A stretch of 64,000 bases of DNA from Acidiferrobacterales bacterium (lineage in GTDB: Bacteria; Pseudomonadota; Gammaproteobacteria; Acidiferrobacterales; SZUA-150), in assembly GCA_947258385.1 (NCBI GenBank), contig CAMYII010000052.1, positions 6,642 through 70,641 of the forward strand. Reading direction: 5' to 3'. Shown piece by piece: positions 1-8,058 of the stretch; the stretch's first letter is position 1; each line of letters opens with the position of its first letter. A model generated the notes under the pieces. That model did not search any database and had not been told where the DNA came from. It saw nothing but the letters and a program-made list of their open reading frames with translations. The translations under genes and the position numbers were made by a program.

Positions 1-1
1 G

Positions 2-1120
2 CCGGAGCTCGCCGCCCGCTACGGCACACGCGCATTGATCGTGACCGGCGGCCAGTCCCTCCGGCAAACGGAACATTGGGAGAGTCTCGCCGGGGCCCTG
101 TCGGAGCGGGGGATGACCTGGAAAGACTTTCCGGTGAACGACGAGCCCTCGCCCAAACTGGTCGATCACGCGGTCCAGGACTTCCTTGACGAGCATATCG
201 AGGTGGTCCTCGGTATCGGCGGCGGCAGCGTGCTGGACGCGGCCAAGGCCATCGCTGGACTGCTGCCGCGCGGTGGTTCGGTCATGGACCACCTGGAAGG
301 GGTGGGTCCCGAGAAACCCTACCAGGGTCCGTCCCTGCCCTATATCGCCGTGCCCACGACCGCCGGCACCGGCAGCGAGGCCACCAAGAATGCCGTGTTG
401 AGCGAACGCGGGGCGCACGGCTTCAAGAAGTCCTTTCGTGACGAGCAGCTCGTGCCTCAGTACGCCGTGGTGGACCCGGAACTGCTGGCGAGCTGCCCAC
501 CGGATCTCATCGCCGCCAACGGCATGGACGCCCTGACGCAACTCCTGGAATCCTATGTCTCCCTCAAGGCCAATCCGTTTACCGACGCCTTGGCGCTGAG
601 CGGCCTGGCGGCGGCCCGCGACGGGCTGCTCGCCTGGTACGAGACCGGGCCCGCGGCGGCCGCCGCCCGCGGCCAGATGGCCTACGCCGCCTTGATCTCG
701 GGTATCACGCTTGCCCAGTGCGGCCTGGGCTCGGTCCACGGGCTGGCCTCGCCGCTGGGGGCGTTCTCGACCATTCCCCATGGCGTGGCCTGCGGCACCA
801 TGGTGTCGACCTGCACCGACATGAACATCCGCGCCATGCGCGAGCGCGAACCCAACCATCCGGCGCTCGGGAAATACGCCGCGGTCGGCGCCTTGTTCAC
901 CGGTAAACATTACGAACACCGGGAGGAAGCGTGGGTGGCGTTACTGGAGATCTTGAGCGACTGGACCTACCGCATGAAACTGCCGACGCTGTCGGAATAC
1001 GGCATCGGCGAGACGGACATGGGGCGCATGGTCGCCAACAGCCGGGGCAGCAGCATGAAGACCAATCCAATCGTGCTGACGGACGCGGAGATCGCCGAAA
1101 CCCTGCGCGCGCGACTGTAG
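2..1120 (+). CDS. Iron-containing alcohol dehydrogenase family protein (5'-truncated by window edge)
   Basis: GGGSVLDAAK and PTTAGTGSE motifs, plus metal-binding G-x-x-H...H-G (GLGSVHG...IPHG). The frame stays open to the window start (PELAARYGTRALIVTG). Confidence 0.9.
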   Translation, partial: PELAARYGTRALIVTGGQSLRQTEHWESLAGALSERGMTWKDFPVNDEPSPKLVDHAVQDFLDEHIEVVLGIGGGSVLDAAKAIAGLLPRGGSVMDHLEGVGPEKPYQGPSLPYIAVPTTAGTGSEATKNAVLSERGAHGFKKSFRDEQLVPQYAVVDPELLASCPPDLIAANGMDALTQLLESYVSLKANPFTDALALSGLAAARDGLLAWYETGPAAAAARGQMAYAALISGITLAQCGLGSVHGLASPLGAFSTIPHGVACGTMVSTCTDMNIRAMREREPNHPALGKYAAVGALFTGKHYEHREEAWVALLEILSDWTYRMKLPTLSEYGIGETDMGRMVANSRGSSMKTNPIVLTDAEIAETLRARL

Positions 1121-1217
1121 TCCGGGCCCGCCAGGGTTTTCTTTACGCCGCTGCGGTAATGCGTGCGCGCGCGGGGATCGATCAAACGGGCCACCCCACC
1201 CCTTTGATGGCGCGGCC

Positions 1218-2069
1218 TCAGGCCTCGGCGACGATATAGCAGATCCAGGACTCCTGGTTTTCGACCTCGGTCTGCTCGTAGTACTCGCCGGTGCCTTCGA
1301 GCTCATCCTCCTCATCATCGTCGTCGTCTGAGTCTTCGAACTCCTCCCAGTAAACGCGTACCTTGCTGAAGCCCGCCTCCTCCAATAATTCACGGATCTC
1401 CGGAATGCCCCACACGCGCCAGTCGTAGCTGAAGGCCCGGTCGATGCGCGAATCGTCCTCGAAGGCGAAATGGATAAAACAGCTCATCTCATGGGTGATG
1501 GGATTGAAGCGGTCCTGGTCCCAGATGTAAGTGAAATCCTCGTCGTCCACCTCCCGCTCTTCTTCCAGGGCGTCCATGGTCTCGGTACCGCCGATCAGAT
1601 CGAGCACCAGCAAACCATCGTCTTTCAGTCCGCGGCGCGCGTTTTCGAAATAGCCGCGCAATTGATCGCGTGTCTTGAAACAGCAATAACTGAAATTCAT
1701 CGCGCAGGTGACGTCCACTTTCTCTTGCGGCGCATCCAGCACGTTGCCATGGATCAAGGTGACACGATCGGCCGTGTCGGCACCGGCGAACATAACATTG
1801 TGCTCGCGGCCCCAGTCAAGCGTCTCCTCGCACAGGTCCACGCCAATGGCGCGGCGCTCCGGATCAGTCTTGCACCATTCAACCGACAATAAGGCGGTCC
1901 CGCAGAAATCCTCGCGCAGCACCATCGGTTTCTTGCCGCGGAGCTGCCGGTAGGTCTGATCATAGAATTCGATATCGCTCTCCGGCGACTGCACCGCTTT
2001 TTGATATAACACGAAGCGATCGGCCTGCTCGGCCAGGGTCGGAGTTGGCGCTTTTTGTGGTTTGCTCAT
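1218..2069 (-). CDS. Class I SAM-dependent methyltransferase
   Basis: LREDFCGTA motif I variant, GVDLC motif II, AMNFSY; acidic tract near the C-terminus. Confidence 0.8.
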   Translation of the reverse strand: MSKPQKAPTPTLAEQADRFVLYQKAVQSPESDIEFYDQTYRQLRGKKPMVLREDFCGTALLSVEWCKTDPERRAIGVDLCEETLDWGREHNVMFAGADTADRVTLIHGNVLDAPQEKVDVTCAMNFSYCCFKTRDQLRGYFENARRGLKDDGLLVLDLIGGTETMDALEEEREVDDEDFTYIWDQDRFNPITHEMSCFIHFAFEDDSRIDRAFSYDWRVWGIPEIRELLEEAGFSKVRVYWEEFEDSDDDDDEEDELEGTGEYYEQTEVENQESWICYIVAEA

Positions 2070-2120
2070 GAGTGATTGCTGCCTGTCGTCTGGTTGAATA
2101 AGAAAATCTGCCTGCGCCGC

Positions 2121-3431
2121 CTATCTGGCGACCTCGCCCTTCCACAGTGGCGCCACCACGATATTGAGGCAGGCGTGGGCCGCGCGCAACGCGCTCTCCG
2201 CCTGCTCCGCCGTCCCGGCCCGGGCAAAGATGAACCCGAGATAGCTGGACCCCTCGGGCAGGGGCACGAGCTCATAGCCCTCGCGCACCTCAATCGAAAC
2301 CTGCTCGATGCCGGGCACCCGCTGCGCGGCCGTCACGCCCTCCACGCGGCGAAGGATCCCTGCCTTGGGCGTCGGGATCATCAACACGCCCGCGCCACCA
2401 AGTCCGGATTTCGCTTCTGCTCTCTGGCCCATGGCATGGGCAAGCACCACTTGCTCCAGGCTGTATCCCGTTCCAAATTGGAACAGGCGGCTGCACAGCC
2501 CGCCAATAGTACGCGCAGCGACTTCCAGAATCCACACGCCGTCTTCATTGATGCGACATTCCGCGTGCACCGGGCCTTCGCGCAGCGCGTAGGCATCACA
2601 CACCTCGGTGATACGGCCGATAATGTCCGCCTGCACCGACCGGTCAAGGCGCGAAGGCGTAATGTAATAGGTTTCTTCGAAATACGGTCCGTCCAACCGG
2701 TCCGGCTTATCAAAAATCGCCAACCGCTCGAAACAGCCACCGTACAGCATGCCTTCGACCGCGACTTCCGCACCCGGAATGAATTCCTCGACCAGGAGAT
2801 AATCGCGCGCCTCGGACTCTGACTGGGAGGCACCGATGGAAGCCAGGATACGTTGAACGCGGCCACAGGCGTGCAGCAGTTGCCGCGGGCTATCGGCCCG
2901 GATCACGCCACGGCTGGCCGAAAGACCAACCGGCTTTAACACGCAAGGAAAAGACTGACCTTCGATCTGCGGGGCCAAGGGCCGGGACAGATCGATCCGC
3001 CGATGGCGCGGCACCGGCACGCCGGCCTGGGCCAGGCGCCGCCGAGCCAGGTCCTTGCGCCGGGCGAGGCGCACCGCCTGCGGGTCATTGTGGGGCAGGC
3101 CAAGGGCACGCGCGGCCAGCGCGGCCAGTTCCGTGGTGGTGTCGTCGGTGGCGATCACGCCGGCAAATGGCCGCAAACGGGCCTGCCGGAGGATGCTCGA
3201 CAGCGCAGCGTCCTTGTTCTCGTGCCGGATGTGAAGACCCTCGGCATACGCGGCAACAAGCGAATGTTTGCCTTCCGAGGCCACCAGCACGTCGATACCC
3301 AGTGCTTGCGCGGCCGTCAGAAAAGGCGCGGTGCGGTAACTGCTGTGCGGGGCGATGAGCAGCACACGCGGCCGGTCACCGAGGCTGGCAGCGGAGCGCT
3401 CTGGTTCTATGGCCCGGGGAAACGCGTGCAA
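2121..3431 (-). CDS. ATP-grasp domain protein (carboxylate-amine ligase-like)
   Basis: FPCVLKP..LSASRGV, LVEEFIPGAEV, GPVHAECR and ILEVAARTIGG motifs are typical of ATP-grasp ligases. Exact start uncertain. Confidence 0.85.
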   Translation of the reverse strand: MHAFPRAIEPERSAASLGDRPRVLLIAPHSSYRTAPFLTAAQALGIDVLVASEGKHSLVAAYAEGLHIRHENKDAALSSILRQARLRPFAGVIATDDTTTELAALAARALGLPHNDPQAVRLARRKDLARRRLAQAGVPVPRHRRIDLSRPLAPQIEGQSFPCVLKPVGLSASRGVIRADSPRQLLHACGRVQRILASIGASQSESEARDYLLVEEFIPGAEVAVEGMLYGGCFERLAIFDKPDRLDGPYFEETYYITPSRLDRSVQADIIGRITEVCDAYALREGPVHAECRINEDGVWILEVAARTIGGLCSRLFQFGTGYSLEQVVLAHAMGQRAEAKSGLGGAGVLMIPTPKAGILRRVEGVTAAQRVPGIEQVSIEVREGYELVPLPEGSSYLGFIFARAGTAEQAESALRAAHACLNIVVAPLWKGEVAR

Positions 3432-3437
3432 AAGCGC

Positions 3438-3818
3438 TTAGAACCCGCCTCCGCCGCAACCGCCGCAGGCGCCGGATCCGCCGACGGCCTGAAAGACATT
3501 ATTGAATACAAAACTCTCGTTCAGCCCGTTGGCCGCGTAATCGATCTGGCAACCCTGCATATAGTTCAATGCGACGGGGTCGACCACGACCCTGAAGCCC
3601 TCGCCTTCGATCACACTGTCGTACCCGGTGGCCCCCTCGGCAAAGGTCAGGCCGTACTGCATGCCGCCACAGCCGCCACCGGTGACAAAAATACGAACGG
3701 CCATAAGCTCCGGATCCGCCTCCGCCATCAATTCGGCCAGCTTCGCCTTGGCGGCATCGGTCAACATGATTTCCACATCGCTCAAGGTCGTGGGATACGC
3801 AACCGCAGTCTGTGCCAT
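3438..3818 (-). CDS. HesB/IscA-family Fe-S cluster carrier (atypical C-terminus)
   Basis: LTDAAKAKL..VRIFVTGGGCGGMQYGL..VVDP..IDY..FVFNN; ends CGGCGGGGF. Confidence 0.85.
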   Translation of the reverse strand: MAQTAVAYPTTLSDVEIMLTDAAKAKLAELMAEADPELMAVRIFVTGGGCGGMQYGLTFAEGATGYDSVIEGEGFRVVVDPVALNYMQGCQIDYAANGLNESFVFNNVFQAVGGSGACGGCGGGGF

Positions 3819-3989
3819 CTTTTAACGCCCCCTAAAAACGCTACAGGAATATTACTGACTCTATCTGTGCAGATATTCATGCTTCGCATCTGCACGGCAC
3901 CTCCGTTAGAATATAACTCAAATCTTAGCACCCAACCATCGGCTCCCCAACCGATGGATTGCGTGATAACCTCTGAATCGGTGAGCCAA

Positions 3990-4274
3990 ATGGCGCGTAT
4001 TGTTTATTGTCAGGTTTTAAAACGTGAGGCCGAAGGCCTGGAACGGCCGCCGCATCCGGGCGCCTTGGGCGAACGCGTCTACGAGAACGTCTCCAGGGAA
4101 GGCTGGCAGAAATGGTTGGAAAGGCTGACCACCATCATCAACGAGAACCATATCAGTACGGCAGACCCCGGCAGCATCGAGCTGATCGAGCAGCACATGC
4201 GGGGCTTCCTGTTTGGCGAGGGCGACCTGGGTAGCCTGCCGCCGGGTTTCACCGCGCCCGGCCAGAAAAAGTAA
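3990..4274 (+). CDS. yggX: YggX-like Fe(II)-trafficking / oxidative damage protection protein
   Basis: MARIVYCQVLKREAEGL..PG.LG.R.YENVS.E.W..W....INE..FLFGEG with the conserved Cys7. True ATG at 3990 lies inside the 3003..4274 ORF. Confidence 0.85.
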   Translation: MARIVYCQVLKREAEGLERPPHPGALGERVYENVSREGWQKWLERLTTIINENHISTADPGSIELIEQHMRGFLFGEGDLGSLPPGFTAPGQKK

Positions 4275-4317
4275 CCTCGTCCTGCATGCCGCTGAATCGC
4301 CCGGACCCGATACCGGG

Positions 4318-4941
4318 TCAATGCGGCGTGGGCACGATCGCGATCTCGTCCTTGTTGGTCAGGCGCGTGTCGGGGTCCACAAACTGCTTGTTCACGGTGA
4401 TCTTGAGCGCGGTTCGACCCAAGGCGGCGTCCCACTGGCCGCCGCGCTGTCGCAACCAGATGATCAGGGATTTTACGTCCCGCACCGAGGTGGGTAATTC
4501 CACTTCCTCGGACGCGCGACCGAGGTCGTCCACGAGGTTGACGAAATACAGCAATTTGACCTTGAGCGGACCGTCATCAGCGACCTGCCGGTCCGCGGCC
4601 TGCGAACGGTCCAGGTACACCTGCCAGTTCTTTTCCCGATTCACGCCCAGTTCATAGAGCCTCTTCCAGGAATAGACACCGGTGTCATGGCTATCGTCGA
4701 AATAGAGCTGAATGGCGTAATTGCCCACTTGCGAGATGCGTTCGATGTTGACATTCTGCTTGCCGGTCACCCATTCGCCGCGCTTTCGCGCCGCCTGCAC
4801 CTCCGCCGAGGGTGAGAATACCCGTAAATATTCGCAGGGTAATTTGAAATGCGCGCCGTCCTCAAAGCTGATCTCCAGCAGCCGCGACTTCTGGTGCAGC
4901 TGAATCTCGGTCGGGACGGGGTCGTGTTGTCTGTCGGTCAT
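4318..4941 (-). CDS. DUF971 (GBBH N-terminal-like) domain fused to a MoaD/ThiS ubiquitin-like domain
   Basis: N-half LPCEYLRVFSPSAEV..VGNYAIQLYFDDSHDTGVYSW is DUF971. C-half VKLLYF..L...G...E..VN........L...DEIAIVP is MoaD-like but lacks the terminal GG. Confidence 0.8.
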   Translation of the reverse strand: MTDRQHDPVPTEIQLHQKSRLLEISFEDGAHFKLPCEYLRVFSPSAEVQAARKRGEWVTGKQNVNIERISQVGNYAIQLYFDDSHDTGVYSWKRLYELGVNREKNWQVYLDRSQAADRQVADDGPLKVKLLYFVNLVDDLGRASEEVELPTSVRDVKSLIIWLRQRGGQWDAALGRTALKITVNKQFVDPDTRLTNKDEIAIVPTPH

Positions 4942-5132
4942 GAACTGCTTGCCTGCCGGGTTAGCCTTGCCGGCTGACGTTTTACACCGCCGCCGGAAAC
5001 TTATCCACCTTTAAATACTGGGGAAAGAGCGGTTTGCCCGGCCAGGCGCAACCGGCACGAGTGGGTCCCGCCGCCGCGGCGGCCTGGGGAGGGTCCCCAG
5101 CCCGCGCGGTGGCGGACTGCAGACGACCGGGG

Positions 5133-5636
5133 TCAAGCCGCGGGGAATCGTCGCGGCGGTACGAGGTTCTCCCGGGCCAGATGTTCATGGACCTGTTGCG
5201 GCGAGAGCTTGCTCAGATCCTTGGTAATGGCCTGCAGCGCCACCCCGGTCTTGGCCAGGGGATCCAACTCGGAGCGGAGAAACCCGAGCATGCGCTTTTG
5301 GGAGGCCAGAATGACGTTCTTGGAGCCATTGTCCTGTATCAGGCGAACCGCTTCCCGCGCGATTCCACGGGCAAAACGGCGCCTCAATTCATCCGAATGG
5401 CCGCTGCGGTGGTCATCGTAACCATGGGCCTGGCCGCTGCCGGATACGCGATTGCGTCCGCTTTTCATGTCACTCCAGAGCTCGTCCCCGTGCAGCTCCT
5501 CCTCCGGGTTCACCAGGTCCCGTTGTTCCTTGAGGTTCGGCCCACCTTCGGTACTGTGTTTATCGGCCGGTTCAAGTGTGAAAAAACGGGCGCGGGCGCC
5601 ATTGACGAGGACGACGCAATAATCGCTCATGGGCAA
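5133..5636 (-). CDS. Host attachment protein family (AtsE / baeRF-like)
   Basis: VLVNGARARFF..LVNPE..SD..G..FAR.IA..VILA..RMLG.LR..KDLSKL pattern. Confidence 0.7.
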   Translation of the reverse strand: MPMSDYCVVLVNGARARFFTLEPADKHSTEGGPNLKEQRDLVNPEEELHGDELWSDMKSGRNRVSGSGQAHGYDDHRSGHSDELRRRFARGIAREAVRLIQDNGSKNVILASQKRMLGFLRSELDPLAKTGVALQAITKDLSKLSPQQVHEHLARENLVPPRRFPAA

Positions 5637-5943
5637 TACCTCCTGAATGTACGCGGTAAAGAAACCACTACTGATATGTGTAATCCTTTCCCGTTATGGA
5701 ATCGTGCGGATCATATTGTGCGGAATATTCTATGACCATCATACCACCGCCGCTCTTTGCACGCAGCTTCCCTTTCAGTTCATCGCTTTCCATTCCATAA
5801 CCACCGAAATAGCCATTGCTTTTATTATTTACGTACAAAATTCAAGCACATTCCGAGAGACGGCAAAATGATCAGAATCAAATCAGCGCACCTTGATATA
5901 CCGGCAGTACGCCGCGAGCAACACGGCAAGAACTCGAAATATG

Positions 5944-5982
5944 CAACTTACACCCATTCTAAACAACTTACACCGATTCTAA
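5944..5982. repeat. 19-bp direct repeat, period 20 (CAACTTACACC[C/G]ATTCTAA)
   Basis: Copies at 5944-5962 and 5964-5982 differ at one base. Confidence 0.8.
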
Positions 5983-6130
5983 TATAAGAGCGGCGTTGCC
6001 CGGATGGCGCTCATCTTTGACTGCCGCGCTGGATGTGACAAAGCCCCATGCCATCGCTGCGCCGGTGGTCAACCGCGTGCGTCCGGACGGGCTTGTTGGC
6101 GTCAGGGCAATGACTGGGACGGCTGACTCG

Positions 6131-6227
6131 CCGGGTGTTGAAAAACACCCTTAATAACTACCGCAGGGCTGCGCCGGGGTAAAGCGCGTTAAAAAAAGGC
6201 CATGAACGGGCTGTTTTCAACATCCCG
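6131..6227. mobile_element. Degenerate MITE-like element (~97 bp)
   Basis: Imperfect terminal inverted repeats CCGGGTGTTGAAAAACACCC (6131-6150) and GGGCTGTTTTCAACATCCCG (6208-6227), about 15/20 matches; non-coding. Confidence 0.45.
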
Positions 6228-6554
6228 TCAGATACTGGCGATGGAAATAAAATAGGGCACCCAAGAGACCAGCATTCCAATGGTTAAGAGCAAATCCAAA
6301 TTGACAATGAACTTGAAGCGCTTGCGCTCATCACCCTGCTTGTCCACCATGAATACGCTCGCCATCATCATATCGAGCAATAACACAAAGAACACAATGG
6401 GTGCGACGGCCGGCGCAATGAGCGTGGGTATCATCGCCCAACCGGAATACGCCGCCTCGTCCCCGGTAAATCGAGAGGCCAGAATGAAAATCGCGACTAA
6501 GGTTACAAGCAAGAACCTTAACACGCCGATGCGCTTGATGAGTGTGGTAACCAT
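6228..6554 (-). CDS. Hypothetical membrane protein (~108 aa, 3 TM)
   Basis: Three hydrophobic segments; ATG at 6554 lies immediately after the methyltransferase stop. Confidence 0.7.
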   Translation of the reverse strand: MVTTLIKRIGVLRFLLVTLVAIFILASRFTGDEAAYSGWAMIPTLIAPAVAPIVFFVLLLDMMMASVFMVDKQGDERKRFKFIVNLDLLLTIGMLVSWVPYFISIASI

Positions 6555-6555
6555 G

Positions 6556-7335
6556 TTAGGCCATGATGCCTTTTGATTCCAGAAACTCATCAGGAACATC
6601 TGAATTTTTCCAACCTGCAATGGCAAAATAGTACAGCGGCTCTCCCTCAATTGATAACCTATGCCGATAGCGTTCAATGTAATAAACATCAAGATATTTC
6701 GAGAATATTAATTCCCGAATCATTTTTGAGAACCCTGATTCATCGCTTATATCAAAGAAGGTTTCCTTGATATTAAACGCTACCCACGCCTCGCTCTTGA
6801 TTATATTAAACGCCTCTATAAATGCCTTTGCCGGGATGTCACCGAAACCGAGTGCGGCAACCGTTACCATGCAATCACATTGCCATGAACGTATTTCTTC
6901 TTTTTTGTCATCGTCCAGCTTCGTGAAATCCTCAACGTAATATGCATCATATATCCCTGGCCTATCCCGGATAGTTGCATCATAAGCTTCAGGAATTATG
7001 TCTACGCCTATTAAGCGCGAAACGCCGTGTTTTTTTAGCTCCTCCCCCATCATGCCATTGCCTGCACCTAAATCTAATATTCGAAGCTCAGTAAAATTAT
7101 CTTGATACTGCTTTACCGCTGATTCGAGTATTGAGGCTACTTTACTTGGAGATGTGCATTTCAGGCGGTCATAAAAGATTTGCTCATACAGACCTTGTAC
7201 CTGATAAATTTCATCGTAGTCGTGGAACCTTATTTTTCTCTTTCCGCCTGATCCTTGAAGATAGAAATAGGCTTCGTCTTGATTGAGATCGGATGATTCG
7301 GCCTTTGGAAATTGTATTCGATGTCTTTTGTTCAT
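6556..7335 (-). CDS. Class I SAM-dependent methyltransferase (AT-rich)
   Basis: ILDLGAGNG motif I, LIGVDI motif II; GAGGA RBS upstream; low GC. Confidence 0.85.
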   Translation of the reverse strand: MNKRHRIQFPKAESSDLNQDEAYFYLQGSGGKRKIRFHDYDEIYQVQGLYEQIFYDRLKCTSPSKVASILESAVKQYQDNFTELRILDLGAGNGMMGEELKKHGVSRLIGVDIIPEAYDATIRDRPGIYDAYYVEDFTKLDDDKKEEIRSWQCDCMVTVAALGFGDIPAKAFIEAFNIIKSEAWVAFNIKETFFDISDESGFSKMIRELIFSKYLDVYYIERYRHRLSIEGEPLYYFAIAGWKNSDVPDEFLESKGIMA

Positions 7336-7366
7336 TGCTTCCTCAGTTTGGATTGGATGCTTATTG

Positions 7367-7448
7367 GCTTAACGTGTTAATAACCGGTGCGCGCATTTTG
7401 CGCATCCGAATGATGCGATAGCAAATGGTGTTGATTCTGTTGTTAGGT
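7367..7448 (-). mobile_element. Integron attC site (attC-1)
   Basis: Minus strand reads R'' ACCTAAC, 5-bp spacer, L'' AATCAAC ... L' GTTATT, 5-bp spacer, R' GTTAAGC. It has an extrahelical C in L'' and an internal hairpin, is 82 bp long, and starts 3 bp after the stop of the 7452..7745 gene. Confidence 0.88.
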
Positions 7449-7451
7449 ATT

Positions 7452-7745
7452 TTATACTTCTTTATCTTCATATTTTACCCATTCTTCTCCAACCGCCTTT
7501 CTTTCAGCAGACCAGCATGGTTCGAGTGATGCAATTTCCATAACTGTAAAATCAATTTCAACAATTTTCTCCATTGATACCAGTTGAGTCTCTTCCATTG
7601 TTATAGGATCACCAGACAGAAATGCCCAATCATGATCCTCGGAATAGTGTGAAACCAAGAGAATAGGTTTATTTTGTTGTGTAATATGTACAGAAGTCAC
7701 AGCCGCCGCATTTTTTGGTTGATCAAATTCCCAATTAGATTTCAT
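7452..7745 (-). CDS. Gene-cassette hypothetical protein (~97 aa; loosely DUF2185/immunity-like)
   Basis: AT-rich ORF bounded by GTTAGGT (7760-7754) and the complementary ACCTAAC (7448-7442). The family guess rests only on PILLVSH..D..W.FL. Confidence 0.75.
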   Translation of the reverse strand: MKSNWEFDQPKNAAAVTSVHITQQNKPILLVSHYSEDHDWAFLSGDPITMEETQLVSMEKIVEIDFTVMEIASLEPCWSAERKAVGEEWVKYEDKEV

Positions 7746-7760
7746 TTTTATATACCTAAC

Positions 7761-7975
7761 GAGACTGTAGAAAAACCCCAGAAATCGACATTTTTTCAAT
7801 ATTTCGCCTGGATGGGTTTTTCTCTGTTGGATAGTAAAATTCGTTCATACGTTGATTCAAGCCTCTATGCAGGATCTTTTCAAACATTTAATCAAATGTA
7901 TTAAAAAATATTTTTAGCCACCTTAAATCGTCTCTAATTAAAATTTCTAAAATTTGGGGGTTTTTCTACAGCCTC
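7761..7975. mobile_element. 215-bp MITE with 19-bp terminal inverted repeats and a 3-bp AAC/GTT target duplication, inserted in attC-2
   Basis: Left end GAGACTGTAGAAAAACCCC, right end GGGGTTTTTCTACAGCCTC (18/19 match). AAC occurs on both flanks (7758-7760 and 7976-7978). No transposase. Confidence 0.88.
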
Positions 7976-8049
7976 AACGTATTAATAACCGGTGCGTAGT
8001 AGCGAATCCGAATGAGCGAGAGCGAATGCTGTTGATTTTCTTGTTATGT
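7972..8049 (-). mobile_element. Integron attC site (attC-2), R' interrupted by the MITE
   Basis: Minus strand: ACATAAC-AAGAA-AATCAAC...CGG..CCG-GTTATT-AATAC-GTT|MITE|GTTAGGT. Clearly homologous to attC-1. Confidence 0.88.
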
Positions 8050-8058
8050 GTTTTAACT

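Noticed and set aside
3003-3989. N-terminal 329 codons of the 423-aa ORF ending in YggX
   Set aside because: Overlaps the ATP-grasp and iscA-like genes on the other strand; the real start is ATG 3990, so this is not a fusion.
6516-6561. GCCTAAC...GTTAAGG as a complete third attC
   Set aside because: Only ~46 bp, no complementary L boxes, and it lies inside a plausible coding sequence.
7746-7904. ORF extension to 7799 and plus-strand ORF 7674..7904
   Set aside because: Both run into the non-coding MITE and show no transposase motifs.
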